Source of the DNA: Deltaproteobacteria bacterium
Lineage (GTDB): Bacteria > Desulfobacterota > GWC2-55-46 > UBA9637
Reading direction: 5' to 3'
NCBI GenBank assembly: GCA_016214995.1
Contig: JACRML010000058.1
Span: 4,194-68,193 of the forward strand
Length of the DNA: 64,000 bases
In this document: positions 1 through 9,729 of the stretch, in pieces
Numbering within the stretch: the first letter of the stretch is position 1
How the letters are laid out: every line of letters begins with the position of its first letter
Translations under genes and position numbers: made by a program
The notes under the pieces: generated by a model
Database searches by the model: none
Seen by the model: only the letters and a program-made list of their open reading frames with translations
Told to the model about the DNA's origin: nothing

Positions 1-762
1 TTCTCTTATAAAAGACGAATGCGGCATAATTTCAAGGGTTAGGGCAATGGGGCTCTTAGTGTAAGGATTTATTAAAGATATGGCACCGTGGATATTGGCG
101 GAAAATTCTTTGTTGTCCAACCACAGATTTTTGACTTTTATTTTGCAATCTTTTAATTCAGCAGAAAAGGTTGCCTTTGCCTCTTCCCCAAAAGGAATAG
201 AGAAACCTGATATTTTAAACTTCCCAATATCTATATCTTTTCCTTCCATAGTAACAGTCCCGTAGGGACATTCCCCTTGCTGAAATGTTATCTTTATCTT
301 GCCGTTAAATCTTGCGGTTATGGCAGGAGCAGCTGATTCAGGATTAAGGGATGATATGGTTCCTGCATCTATGTTGTTTGCCCAAAGGTTTACATCAGTG
401 TTTTTACCTTTCAGCAGAATATCTCCGCTCAGGCTGCTCTGCCCCTTATTTCCTGCTACAACAATCTTGACCCTGCCCATGAAAAGATAGATTGGATTAA
501 ACTTAACTTGCAGTCTGTCCAGACTGAGGACGGGCTTCTCAAACAGCTCATGAGCAAACGACACCTGCCTCATCTCAATCCCAATGGGCGGTAATAATAG
601 CTTTTTAAATTCTTTTTCTGTGAAAACAAAACCAGTGGTCTCCTGCAGCTCTTTCTTTATTGCATCCTTTATAAAATCTTCAGGAATGGTTAATATCAAT
701 CCATAAAAGAATACAATAATTCCTGCTGCTGCCAGCGAAATAATCTTTATGTATTTCTTCAC
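1..762 (-). CDS. gspN: Type II secretion system protein N-like (partial, 3' end beyond window)
   Basis: Own translation of the minus strand, not in the ORF track: GTG start at 762 with AAAGGA upstream, VKKYIKIISLAAAGIIVFFYGLILTIPEDFIKDAIKKELQETTGF..., open to window edge; last gene of the gsp operon. Confidence 0.72.
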   Translation of the reverse strand, partial: MKKYIKIISLAAAGIIVFFYGLILTIPEDFIKDAIKKELQETTGFVFTEKEFKKLLLPPIGIEMRQVSFAHELFEKPVLSLDRLQVKFNPIYLFMGRVKIVVAGNKGQSSLSGDILLKGKNTDVNLWANNIDAGTISSLNPESAAPAITARFNGKIKITFQQGECPYGTVTMEGKDIDIGKFKISGFSIPFGEEAKATFSAELKDCKIKVKNLWLDNKEFSANIHGAISLINPYTKSPIALTLEIMPHSSFIRE

Positions 763-820
763 CTGTAAATCCTTTCACACCTCAGGCAGCTAACCAGTAG
801 AAACAGACCTTTAGGTCTGT

Positions 821-860
821 TACCCCCCCCCAAAAAATGCAACTGCATTTTGGGGGGGTA
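821..860. repeat. AAAAATGCA-core hairpin repeat
   Basis: TACCCCCCCCCCAAAAAATGC-AACT-GCATTTTGGGGGGGTA; related at 1521-1617, 5048-5092, 53730-53770, 56924-56952. Confidence 0.8.
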
Positions 861-933
861 TAAACGGGCTATCAAAACAGATCTGAAGACCTGCTTCCAC
901 AGCTCGTGATTTTTGGTAGAATTTTTCCCAATT

Positions 934-1476
934 TTATGGTGTCTTTTTTGTCAGGAAGATAATATGCATGGCTATATCTAATAGCGCTGGATTATCAAAA
1001 CGGGCATCTATGGAAATGCTTTTTATCAAAAGCAGGTTCTTATGATTCTCTATCTTATAGAGCAGGTTTACAAGCTGGTTGAGATTTATCCCGTTTACCT
1101 TTACCTCAACTCCGTTCTTCACATAACCCTCTTCTATTTTTTCCTCAACGGGTTTAAAAGATGAAATCTTGTCCTTGATGCCTATACCCCTGCCGATTTC
1201 CTGTATAATAGCGCCTGTTGACCCCTCTGTTTGCGGGGCATATATTTTCTTTTCAATTGTCTCCATCCCCGCCTTTTTCTTAAGCTTCAGATACTCTTCC
1301 CTGACATTATTAAATCTAATCAACTCCTGCTTCTTTAAAGACACCATTTTCTCTACGCTGCCTACCCATTTAACCGCTGCAACAACAGATATAATCAGCG
1401 CAAATACCACTGCTAATCCAGTCAGATAAAATGCAGTCTTATCGCGAAAATCATCAGCTATTTTTCCAATATTCAT
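934..1476 (-). CDS. gspM: Type II secretion system protein M-like (PilO/GspM type)
   Basis: Single N-terminal TM then coiled coil; position between gspL-like and gspN-like genes; likely start MNIGKIADDF (track ORF begins 1491). Confidence 0.7.
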   Translation of the reverse strand: MNIGKIADDFRDKTAFYLTGLAVVFALIISVVAAVKWVGSVEKMVSLKKQELIRFNNVREEYLKLKKKAGMETIEKKIYAPQTEGSTGAIIQEIGRGIGIKDKISSFKPVEEKIEEGYVKNGVEVKVNGINLNQLVNLLYKIENHKNLLLIKSISIDARFDNPALLDIAMHIIFLTKKTP

Positions 1477-1608
1477 TGTTGTACGCCTCAAAAAAGGATA
1501 TGCAAAAGATTAGCCCAAAAAATGCACTGGCATTTTCATCCCCCTTTGTGAGCCTATGGCTCGTGAGGGTTTGCCTCGAAAAATTAAAAGCAACTGCATT
1601 TTTCGGGG

Positions 1609-2940
1609 TTAAATGCCTTTATGAATAATTGAGAAGCTGAACGTAACCCCGCCTCCCGGCTTTGTTTTGATATCTGTCAGAGAGACTTCCTGCAAATAAG
1701 AAGCCTTCGCAATCGCATCCTTAAAACCGCCGGCTGCTTCAAACGAATCCGCTTCTCCCTTTGCAATTATCCTTCCCTCTTCCATGTGAATCTTATACAG
1801 TCTTATCCGTACGTGCTTATCAATACCTTTTGCCAACTCCTTCATTACCTCAAGCACAGGCATACCATCGGCAAAAACCTGATTTTCTTTTTTAAGCCCC
1901 TTTAGTTTGGCCTCAAGTTGATATAACGAGTCCACCACATTCGGCTCCCCTGGAAAGAGTCCGAGATAGCCTGCCTTCAACTCTTTCTCTATTTGAACAA
2001 GCTTGCTGCTAAACATCCTGTGCTTCAGATATGCGTTAGCCCCCCACAGGCAAAGCAAGATTGCGGCAAGAATTGCAGCCGCAACCATTCCTCTCTTGGC
2101 TGCGCGGACATCTTTTGCATAGGCGAACTCCCCTTTTCTGAAGTTTATAGTTTGCTTCAGGCCTTCTTCTTTAAGATATGCTGCCAATGCAATGATGCCT
2201 GTCCTTTCCGGATATTCATTTAACATTTGTCCCCAGTTCCGACTGGCTAACGGCAGCAATACATTCTCTTTGCCAGAAACAATATCTGATTTGTCACTTG
2301 CATTGCCGATGCTGTATATCTTTTCTACCTCTATCCCTTCAGTAAAAAGATTTGCGATGGCAAGCTTCAAATCCAGAGCATCTCTTAACTCGCTGAAGAG
2401 ATAAGGCTTCCCGTCTTTAGACACTACGACAGATTCTCTATCAATCAATGCTACTGCAGTGCCGTTGGCAGAAATGTCTTCTAAAAGTTTATGCTTTGAA
2501 AAAATGGCGGAGCCAATCCATGACGGGTCAACATCGGCCTTTTTCAAGATATCCAGATAGTACTGCAAGGTTTTTTTTCCCACAGATACTGCAAGAATCC
2601 TCTGCTCCCCAACAGGCATTGCCTCTATAAACATGTCATCTGTCTTTTCAGGAAGCAGTTCGCTGAGTTCAAACGACAGAACCTCTTTTACCTTTTTATC
2701 ATAAAAGGGCAGGGCAACGACTCTCATACTCACTTGACTGACAGGTATGCCTGCCATAATCATTGTAAAATCTTCATAGCCTTTTCCCCTGATATCCCGC
2801 AAAAGAGAAGAAAGCGCCATGCCAGCATCTCCGTCAATTTGAGAAGTAAAGAATGCCTCTGGTTCTACTTTTTTGGATGAAAATATTCCAGCGTTGACGG
2901 ATTCTCTGCCGAAATCCAGGATCAGAATATGCCTTGCCAT
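1609..2940 (-). CDS. gspL: Type II secretion system protein L-like (PilM/PilN-like fusion)
   Basis: ILDFGRESVNAGIFSSKKVEPEAF... actin-like N-term plus PilN-like C-term; operon context. Confidence 0.75.
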   Translation of the reverse strand: MARHILILDFGRESVNAGIFSSKKVEPEAFFTSQIDGDAGMALSSLLRDIRGKGYEDFTMIMAGIPVSQVSMRVVALPFYDKKVKEVLSFELSELLPEKTDDMFIEAMPVGEQRILAVSVGKKTLQYYLDILKKADVDPSWIGSAIFSKHKLLEDISANGTAVALIDRESVVVSKDGKPYLFSELRDALDLKLAIANLFTEGIEVEKIYSIGNASDKSDIVSGKENVLLPLASRNWGQMLNEYPERTGIIALAAYLKEEGLKQTINFRKGEFAYAKDVRAAKRGMVAAAILAAILLCLWGANAYLKHRMFSSKLVQIEKELKAGYLGLFPGEPNVVDSLYQLEAKLKGLKKENQVFADGMPVLEVMKELAKGIDKHVRIRLYKIHMEEGRIIAKGEADSFEAAGGFKDAIAKASYLQEVSLTDIKTKPGGGVTFSFSIIHKGI

Positions 2941-3950
2941 TACCTCTCTCTCCAGAATAAAATCTTATGAGCCTGACCTGTCTGAACCACTGCCTCTACC
3001 TCCCTGAGAGTCCCTCCCACATCTGCCTTTGAGAATATCCTGAAAATATTGCTTTTTACAACAATCTTACCCTGAAGGCTGAAACCTATTGTCTCAAAAC
3101 CGGCCACCTTTCTTATGTCTGCAGTATCCTTGAAAGGATTTTCTCTTCTATAATCTAGGACCCTCTGCGCCATATCTTCAGTAATATCATCATGCATAGA
3201 CATTATAACCTCTTTTGGGGCAGTATTTATATTTATGGAGCCGTCAGTATATGTGGTTACAAAAGGAGTAAGTCTTTTATAAGTTGTTGCTGAATAGCCT
3301 TTTATCAATAACAATTCCTCAATGCTGTCCATCGGGCTGTTTTTTGCCGCATATGCAGAAGATAATCTCTGATAGTAATTATAGGTTTCTCCGCCCCCAG
3401 GCCTTATTTCATCATTAATATCTATCCAGTCTGCGGTAGTGTCTGATAGTTCTTTTCCCAATCCAAGATTTTCTAAAAGCCTTGAATAGATATTATAATA
3501 TTCGGTATTGGTTTCGCCATTACTATATACAATAGCGTTAAGAGACACCTTACCATGCTCATCTTCAGCCTTTACGACAAGCGCCTTATTCCCTTCTGCA
3601 AATACCTTGTAGGAGTTTTCTTCATTTAATGCGGTATACGACATGTTCTTCATTATAGCATCTAATCCCATGCCTGCAAATTCTACCCCCCCCTCGGCCA
3701 GAAGGCTTGCCCTCTGTGCGTCTCTGTAAGAGTTGGTCATTGATATGTGGATATGCACGGCGTAGACAATCTCCACTATAACAGCTACAAGGATGGCAGT
3801 TATCAAAAGGGTTATTACAAGGGCAAGACCTTGCTCCTGCTTTGCCCTTGTTGCAGGATAAAAGCTGCAAACAGATTTGACAAACCTTGTTTTTTCCACC
3901 TGAAAATGTAAATTCCAAATCTCAAATCCCAGGTTCCAAATAATATTCAA
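2940..3950 (-). CDS. gspK: Type II secretion minor pseudopilin K
   Basis: EQGLALVITLLITAILVAVIVEIVYAVH, RASLLAEGGVEFA, SINTAPKEV, ADIRKVAGF typical of GspK. Confidence 0.88.
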   Translation of the reverse strand: MNIIWNLGFEIWNLHFQVEKTRFVKSVCSFYPATRAKQEQGLALVITLLITAILVAVIVEIVYAVHIHISMTNSYRDAQRASLLAEGGVEFAGMGLDAIMKNMSYTALNEENSYKVFAEGNKALVVKAEDEHGKVSLNAIVYSNGETNTEYYNIYSRLLENLGLGKELSDTTADWIDINDEIRPGGGETYNYYQRLSSAYAAKNSPMDSIEELLLIKGYSATTYKRLTPFVTTYTDGSININTAPKEVIMSMHDDITEDMAQRVLDYRRENPFKDTADIRKVAGFETIGFSLQGKIVVKSNIFRIFSKADVGGTLREVEAVVQTGQAHKILFWRER

Positions 3951-4041
3951 TAACCAAAAATCAAAAAGCTGATTGTTGCGATTTGGTTATTGGAATTTAT
4001 TTGGTTACTGGTGTTTGGTAATCGGAATTTTTATCCTCCCT

Positions 4042-4722
4042 CTACCTTATTCTCGTTCTGACAATTGTTGAAAACTCCCTTACCTCACCCCTGTCTTTAA
4101 CGGCAATTACAACCCTCACAGCCTCAGGGAGTTTCTTTTCAAGGGAACTGTCCCATGTCTTTGCCCAATCCTTTCCGTTAAAATAGCTAACCTCAAAGCC
4201 TTCCACACCTTCAACAACCTCGGCACTGAGTCCATCTTTTCCGTCTCCGGTATATGGATTCCATGTCTTCTTATATAGCGTCAAAACCTCATCTGTATTT
4301 TCTTGAACAGAATACTGTACGGCTAAGAGGTCGCTGACCGGGTAGCCGCCCCGTATGAGAGGATATGTAAAGGCAGTAAATAGAACTTCACTAAAAGGTT
4401 TATTGTAGCTACCCTTTTTCCCACCGGCAAAGATGGTTCTGGAATTATTGTCTTTAAAAAAAGAGGACTGGATTTCCAGAGAAAAGATATCCAAAAACCG
4501 CCTGATTTCCCTCGTCCGCTCCAGTTCATTTTCTATCTTTTCCTGACTGCTCAGTACTGAAAAAAAACTTCCATAAAGGGCTGTGAGTACCACAGACATT
4601 ATTGAAACAGCAATCAGTAGTTCTAATAAAGTAAAACCATTATTAGCGGAATTTGAAATTTGAAATTTGAAATTTGAAATTTTATTTTTTAGTCTCATAT
4701 GTTTCCAGGGTAATCCTTTCAT
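4042..4722 (-). CDS. gspJ: Type II secretion minor pseudopilin J
   Basis: NNGFTLLELLIAVSIMSVVLTALYG N-methylation motif; position. Confidence 0.8.
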   Translation of the reverse strand: MKGLPWKHMRLKNKISNFKFQISNSANNGFTLLELLIAVSIMSVVLTALYGSFFSVLSSQEKIENELERTREIRRFLDIFSLEIQSSFFKDNNSRTIFAGGKKGSYNKPFSEVLFTAFTYPLIRGGYPVSDLLAVQYSVQENTDEVLTLYKKTWNPYTGDGKDGLSAEVVEGVEGFEVSYFNGKDWAKTWDSSLEKKLPEAVRVVIAVKDRGEVREFSTIVRTRIR

Positions 4723-5263
4723 CCCTTCCCCATGATACAGAAAGGTATACCTTTTTAAGGCCGCTTATCTGTGTATCTTCTGCATCATACTTCCATCGGA
4801 AATTTTCAAATTTAGGCGCAAAATCCCCTTCCTTGTCCTGAAGAATGCCGCCTGTCTTCATCTCCTCCAGTTTTTCCCTTGCCAGCATGGTCGCAATGGT
4901 CATGTCCCTGTCCCTTTCTATAATGCTTAAATGATAATTGAGGCTGCCTAAAATCGTTATAATCACTCCGGATAAAAGCGCAAGCGACACCATTATCTCC
5001 AGCAATGTAAAACCTTTTTCGGATTTCGGATCTGCCTGCGAAGTTATGACCCGAAAAATGCATTTAGTTTTTATTTTTCGGGTCAAACGCAAGATTTGAG
5101 CCAAAGACAAGGAAAAGCTGGCTGGACAAAACGGAGCATACTGTTTTAAGTATGTGAGTATTTGGACAGTTAGCTTTGACGCAGTATTTGGCCAAAGATT
5201 GCGTTTGTAAGAAAATGTTATTGCATTTTCTGGGATGATGCTCTGTATAAAATTTCTAAACAT
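4682..5263 (-). CDS. gspI: Type II secretion minor pseudopilin I; annotated N-term extension doubtful
   Basis: KGFTLLEIMVSLALLSGVIITILG; MLAREKLEEMK typical of GspI. Confidence 0.8.
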   Translation of the reverse strand: MFRNFIQSIIPENAITFSYKRNLWPNTASKLTVQILTYLKQYAPFCPASFSLSLAQILRLTRKIKTKCIFRVITSQADPKSEKGFTLLEIMVSLALLSGVIITILGSLNYHLSIIERDRDMTIATMLAREKLEEMKTGGILQDKEGDFAPKFENFRWKYDAEDTQISGLKKVYLSVSWGRDERITLETYETKK

Positions 5264-5858
5264 ATCCCTTCAAAACCTTTACCTTGCCTGAATAGGGGTT
5301 ATAGCCAATTGTCAATAATCGCTGTCCCATTTTCAGATGAATGACAAAAGGTTCAGCCCCAACAATGGGGTTGAATACAACCGCCGCTTCTCCCTCGTTT
5401 ATACGTCCCAAGCTTGAAATGACAACATCTTCCATCTCCACCGATTTCTTCAGGGACAATCCTCTTAAAAGGGGCTCCTGCGATTTATTAAACTCAATCC
5501 CGTCTATAGAGGTTTCTATTTTAAACAACTCCTTTTCAGGATAGAACCAAACCCTGTAATATATTTTTTTTGCAGAGGCAGATTCCTCCAGATAACGCAG
5601 CAGGCCGGCCACGCGTCTGGCCTCTGCGTTAAGGGTATAATCTTCAAAGAAATGGATTTTTGGAAAAACGACAAGAAGGACCGTGCCAAGTATAGCTATT
5701 ACTGACAGAAGTTCTAAAAGGGTGAATCCTGTTTTTGAGTGTGAAAGCTGTAGAAACAGGCCTTTAGACCTGTTAATTCTTAAAATGTAGAAACAGGCCT
5801 TCAGGTCTGTTAACATGGCTAAAGCTATGTTTCTACATTTTCTTGTAAATATGTTCAT
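5256..5858 (-). CDS. gspH: Type II secretion minor pseudopilin H
   Basis: KTGFTLLELLSVIAILGTVLLVVFP; operon position. Confidence 0.75.
   Translation of the reverse strand: MNIFTRKCRNIALAMLTDLKACFYILRINRSKGLFLQLSHSKTGFTLLELLSVIAILGTVLLVVFPKIHFFEDYTLNAEARRVAGLLRYLEESASAKKIYYRVWFYPEKELFKIETSIDGIEFNKSQEPLLRGLSLKKSVEMEDVVISSLGRINEGEAAVVFNPIVGAEPFVIHLKMGQRLLTIGYNPYSGKVKVLKGYV
5749..5835. repeat. GTAGAAACAGGCCT-type palindromic repeat inside gspH 5' end
   Basis: TGTAGAAACAGGCCTTTAGACCTGTTA and TGTAGAAACAGGCCTTCAGGTCTGTTA; related at 799-822 and 7910-7969. Confidence 0.8.
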
Positions 5859-5894
5859 ATAATTCTATCGTAGGCAATTTCCAGCGTGAACTGT

Positions 5895-6362
5895 TTATTC
5901 AATATCCCAATTGCCGATATCTGCATCAAACTTTTCTCCGCCCCTTATGCCGTCTGCGCCGTAAGAAAAAAGGTCATAATCGCCGTGAAGACCTGGAGAT
6001 ATATAAACATATTCTTTCCCCCAGGGGTCTAACGGCACCTTTCTCTTTTCAAGATAACCGCCGTCCCTCCAGCTTTTTGGGATAATGCCAGCCGCAGGTT
6101 TCTCCACCAATGCCATCAGCCCCTGCTCTGTGGACGGATACTGTCCGTTGTCCAGCTTATACATCTTGATTGCGATTTCCAGATTCTTAATCTGCACCTT
6201 TGCCTCTGTAACCTTCGCCTCATCTGCTCTGCCAAGTATTCTCGGTCCGATAATGGCGGCCAGTATACCGAGGATGACAATAACTACCATAAGTTCAATG
6301 AGAGTAAAGCCCCTGCGGCTTTTAATATCAAAATTAAGATATTTGCATCTTAAATCCCGCAT
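5895..6362 (-). CDS. gspG: Type II secretion major pseudopilin G
   Basis: RRGFTLIELMVVIVILGILAAIIGPRI..., DNGQYPSTEQGLMALVEKP, DPWGKEYVYISPG. Confidence 0.97.
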   Translation of the reverse strand: MRDLRCKYLNFDIKSRRGFTLIELMVVIVILGILAAIIGPRILGRADEAKVTEAKVQIKNLEIAIKMYKLDNGQYPSTEQGLMALVEKPAAGIIPKSWRDGGYLEKRKVPLDPWGKEYVYISPGLHGDYDLFSYGADGIRGGEKFDADIGNWDIE

Positions 6363-6677
6363 TATTTTTAAACCTCCTTTTCTACACTTACTTATTGCCT
6401 TTATAGTGAATAACTTAAATAAGTTGACATGGTATTAAGAAATCTTAAATTCTAACCCGGACAAGCCGGAAATGACAAATGTTAAAGCTCAAAGTTCAAA
6501 TGAAATCCAAATTTCAAATTACTAAATTTTTGACATTGGGATTTTGACATTCATTTGACATTTGGATTTTGAAATTTGAACTTTATTTGTAATTTGGATT
6601 TTGTCATTTGACATTTCTTGAAAATCTTTTCCATTTTACGCAAAATTTCATTTGTAAGATATTGTAGTATAACAGGA

Positions 6678-7892
6678 TTATCTCACTATCTGGTTCAGTT
6701 CAAATATAGGGAGAAGGATTGCCAACACCATAAAACCAACAATCAAACCCATTGCCAATATCAGGAAAGGCTCCAATAAAGAAAGGGTTCTTGCAACTGC
6801 TGTTTCAAAATCCTTTTCGTATGCGCTTGCGGCAGAAAGAAGCAGGATGTCCAGTTTTCCGCTCTTCTCGCCTATTGCGACCATATGCGTCAAAAGGCCG
6901 GGGATAAGGACGGAGCCCTTCAGACTCCCTGAAAGCGGTGCGCCTTCCGTAACATCTGCTATAGCTTTATTTAAAACATCTTCAAATGCCGCATGGCCTA
7001 AAGCCCTTTTGGTCATATTCATTGCCTTGAGAATAGGGACGCCGCTTTCCAGAAGGCTTCCGAGTGTTCTTGCAAAACTGGCGATGTAAAACTTGCCCAA
7101 AACTTCTCCGACCAATGGAAGCCTTAAGACAGCCCTGTCCTTAAATGCCTTAACTGACGGTCTTTTTACAAGCCGGCTAAACCCCAAAATGGATGCCACT
7201 GTAACTGCAATCATAATAGGCCAGTAGTTTCTGAAAAAATCTGCGACCGTAAGAAGAATTACCGTAATTAGCGGCATCGCCTGTTTAGTGTCTTCAAATA
7301 TCTTTGTTATCTTAGGGATTACGAATATAAAAAGAAATGACAAGACACCGAAACCCACTATGGTCATTATGGCTGGATAAATAAGGGCTGTCTTTATCTG
7401 CGCCTGAATCTTTGCACTTGACTCCAGATATTCCGCAAGCCTTTTAAGGACATTATCAAGAGTACCGCTTGCCTCTCCTGCCTCTACCATCCTCCGATAT
7501 ACATCCGGAAATATCTCAGGATGCTCGTCCATTGCTCCGGACAGGGAACTTCCCTCGGATATTCGCTCTCTTACCCTGATGACGGCATCTCTTAAATATC
7601 TGTTCTCCTCTTCACCTATTAGAACCGATAATGCGTCAGAAAGGGCGGCGCCTGATGCGAGAAGTGTTGAAAGGTGGGTAGTTGCTGCGGCAAGTTCGGG
7701 TAATGAGGTGCGGCGGCTCAGCAATCTTAAGATTGCAAACCGCTCAGATTTTTTAGTTGGCGCGGATATTTCTTTTGGATACAGGCCATCCTTCTTAAGC
7801 ATCTGGAGGGCGTTTTTGTTGCTTATGGCCTCAACCTCTCCGGATACCTCTTTGCCAGCAGCATTATAGGCCTTGTATTGGAAGATCGGCAT
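6678..7892 (-). CDS. gspF: Type II secretion inner membrane protein F
   Basis: MPIFQYKAYNAAGKEVSGEVEA..., PAIMTIVGFGVLSFLFIFVIPKI, EPFLILAMGLIVGFMVLAILLPIFELNQ. Confidence 0.97.
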   Translation of the reverse strand: MPIFQYKAYNAAGKEVSGEVEAISNKNALQMLKKDGLYPKEISAPTKKSERFAILRLLSRRTSLPELAAATTHLSTLLASGAALSDALSVLIGEEENRYLRDAVIRVRERISEGSSLSGAMDEHPEIFPDVYRRMVEAGEASGTLDNVLKRLAEYLESSAKIQAQIKTALIYPAIMTIVGFGVLSFLFIFVIPKITKIFEDTKQAMPLITVILLTVADFFRNYWPIMIAVTVASILGFSRLVKRPSVKAFKDRAVLRLPLVGEVLGKFYIASFARTLGSLLESGVPILKAMNMTKRALGHAAFEDVLNKAIADVTEGAPLSGSLKGSVLIPGLLTHMVAIGEKSGKLDILLLSAASAYEKDFETAVARTLSLLEPFLILAMGLIVGFMVLAILLPIFELNQIVR

Positions 7893-8169
7893 AAATTTCG
7901 TGCGCTAATTGCAGAAACATAGCTTTAGCTATATTGGTTTTAACAGGCCTACATGCCTGTTTCTGCAATTCTAACAGTTTGTTGAAAAACTCAACAAACT
8001 CTGATTGCACAGATAAAAGATTAGATTTCACAGATTAAAACCCATTGAAATATCTGTGTAATCGTTTTTCCTAATCTGTGTAATCAAGGCTGTTGATGCC
8101 TTTTTCAACAGCCTGCTAAATAGTTAATCGTGGAAACACGGTTTCAGCCGTGTCATTTCAGTCTGCAAT

Positions 8170-9726
8170 TCAATCTATCTGCGTTACCCTCAATACCTCT
8201 TCAAGGCTTGTAACACCTGTGGCTGCCTTCTCAAGGCCATCTTCTCTTATGGTTTTCATGCCGCCGGCGACAGCGTATTCCTTTACGGTAGTTGAGTCAG
8301 GATTTTTCAACAGCAATGTCCTCAGAGACTGGTCTATTTGCATGAATTCAAATATGCCTATTCTGCCCTGATAGCCTGTCTTAAAGCATCTGCCGCACCC
8401 TCTTGCCCTCCATAATTTCTTTAAATTATATCTTTGAAGCATGGCAATTTCCTGCTCGGTTGGCGCATACTCTTCTTTGCAATCAGGGCATAATACGCGC
8501 ATAAGCCTCTGGGCAATCACAGCGGATAAAGAAGAAGACAACAAGAACGGTTCTATCCCCATGTCCACAAGTCTTGTTACCGCAGTCGGGGCATCATTTG
8601 TGTGAAGCGTTGACAGCACGAGATGGCCTGTCAGAGACGCCTGAATCGCCATCTTTGCAGTTTCCATGTCTCTTATCTCTCCAACCATGATAATGTCGGG
8701 GTCCTGTCTTAAAATGGAGCGGAGGCCGTTTGCAAAGTTTAAATTAATCTTTGGGTTTACCTGTATCTGGCCGATGCCGTTCAGCTGATACTCTATCGGA
8801 TCTTCGATAGTGATAATATTCCGCTCATTTGAGTTTATCCTGTTGAGTGCGGCGTAAAGAGTGGTGGTTTTTCCTGAACCGGTCGGGCCTGTGACAAGTA
8901 TAATTCCATGATTTTGCAGAAGCAGGGATTCAAGCACTTTAACCTGTTTGGCTTGAAGCCCTATATCTTCAAGGCCGATGAGCCCCCCTTTCCTGTCGAG
9001 GAGCCTTAAAACAGCCCTTTCTCCGAAGGCGGTCGGCACAGTGGCTACCCTGACATCAATATCCTTTCCTGCGACAAGCAATCTTATTCTGCCATCCTGC
9101 GGCAGCCTCTTTTCAGCAATATCCATATTCGCCATAATCTTTACCCTGGATATCAGCGCATCCTGTATTATCTTTGGCGGGGCAATAACCGGATAAAGTA
9201 CTCCGTCTATTCTGAAGCGGACATCTACGCGCCGTTCAAAAGGCTCAATATGTACGTCGCTTGCCTTCTCCTTTACAGCCTGAAACAAGAGCGAGTTTAA
9301 TAGTTTTATTACAGGCGCCTCATCTGTCAGGTCCAGAAGATCTTTAGGCTCTTCCCATTGTTGGGCAATGGCTTCGAGGCTTTCACCGCTTAATTCCTCC
9401 ACCACATCCTGAGCAGAACCTGAAATCCTTTCATAAAATCTGTGGATTGCGTTCAGAATCTGCTGTGGGGGCGATAGTACAGGCCATACATGGACAGAAA
9501 GCATTCTTTCAACATCATCCAGCGCAAACATATCCTTTGGAGCGGACAGGGCCACCAGCAGCCTTTTTTCCTCCATTTTTAAAGGGAATATCATGTTGGC
9601 CTTTACAAAGGGCAAGGGCAGCTTTTCTAAAAAAGCCGGGTCAACGTCGCTGTCTTCAATAGTTTCTTTGTAGGGAAGGCCGAATCTTGCCGAAATAGCG
9701 GCAATATCTATATCCGATTTGTTCAT
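8170..9726 (-). CDS. gspE: Type II secretion ATPase E
   Basis: Walker A GPTGSGKTTTLYAAL, Asp box, GEIRDMETA, CPDCKEEY...CGRCFKTGYQGR zinc motif. Confidence 0.97.
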   Translation of the reverse strand: MNKSDIDIAAISARFGLPYKETIEDSDVDPAFLEKLPLPFVKANMIFPLKMEEKRLLVALSAPKDMFALDDVERMLSVHVWPVLSPPQQILNAIHRFYERISGSAQDVVEELSGESLEAIAQQWEEPKDLLDLTDEAPVIKLLNSLLFQAVKEKASDVHIEPFERRVDVRFRIDGVLYPVIAPPKIIQDALISRVKIMANMDIAEKRLPQDGRIRLLVAGKDIDVRVATVPTAFGERAVLRLLDRKGGLIGLEDIGLQAKQVKVLESLLLQNHGIILVTGPTGSGKTTTLYAALNRINSNERNIITIEDPIEYQLNGIGQIQVNPKINLNFANGLRSILRQDPDIIMVGEIRDMETAKMAIQASLTGHLVLSTLHTNDAPTAVTRLVDMGIEPFLLSSSLSAVIAQRLMRVLCPDCKEEYAPTEQEIAMLQRYNLKKLWRARGCGRCFKTGYQGRIGIFEFMQIDQSLRTLLLKNPDSTTVKEYAVAGGMKTIREDGLEKAATGVTSLEEVLRVTQID

Positions 9727-9729
9727 TTG

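Noticed and set aside
821-860. C-run/CCCCAAAA sequence as a telomere-like or quadruplex locus
   Set aside because: It is one member of the AAAAATGCA-core hairpin family with an exact complementary arm; no tandem G-tract organisation.
4648-4683. Tandem AATTTGAAATTTG as a centromere/parS-like or CRISPR-like array
   Set aside because: Lies inside the gspJ coding frame and recurs in pdxA; no partition genes nearby.
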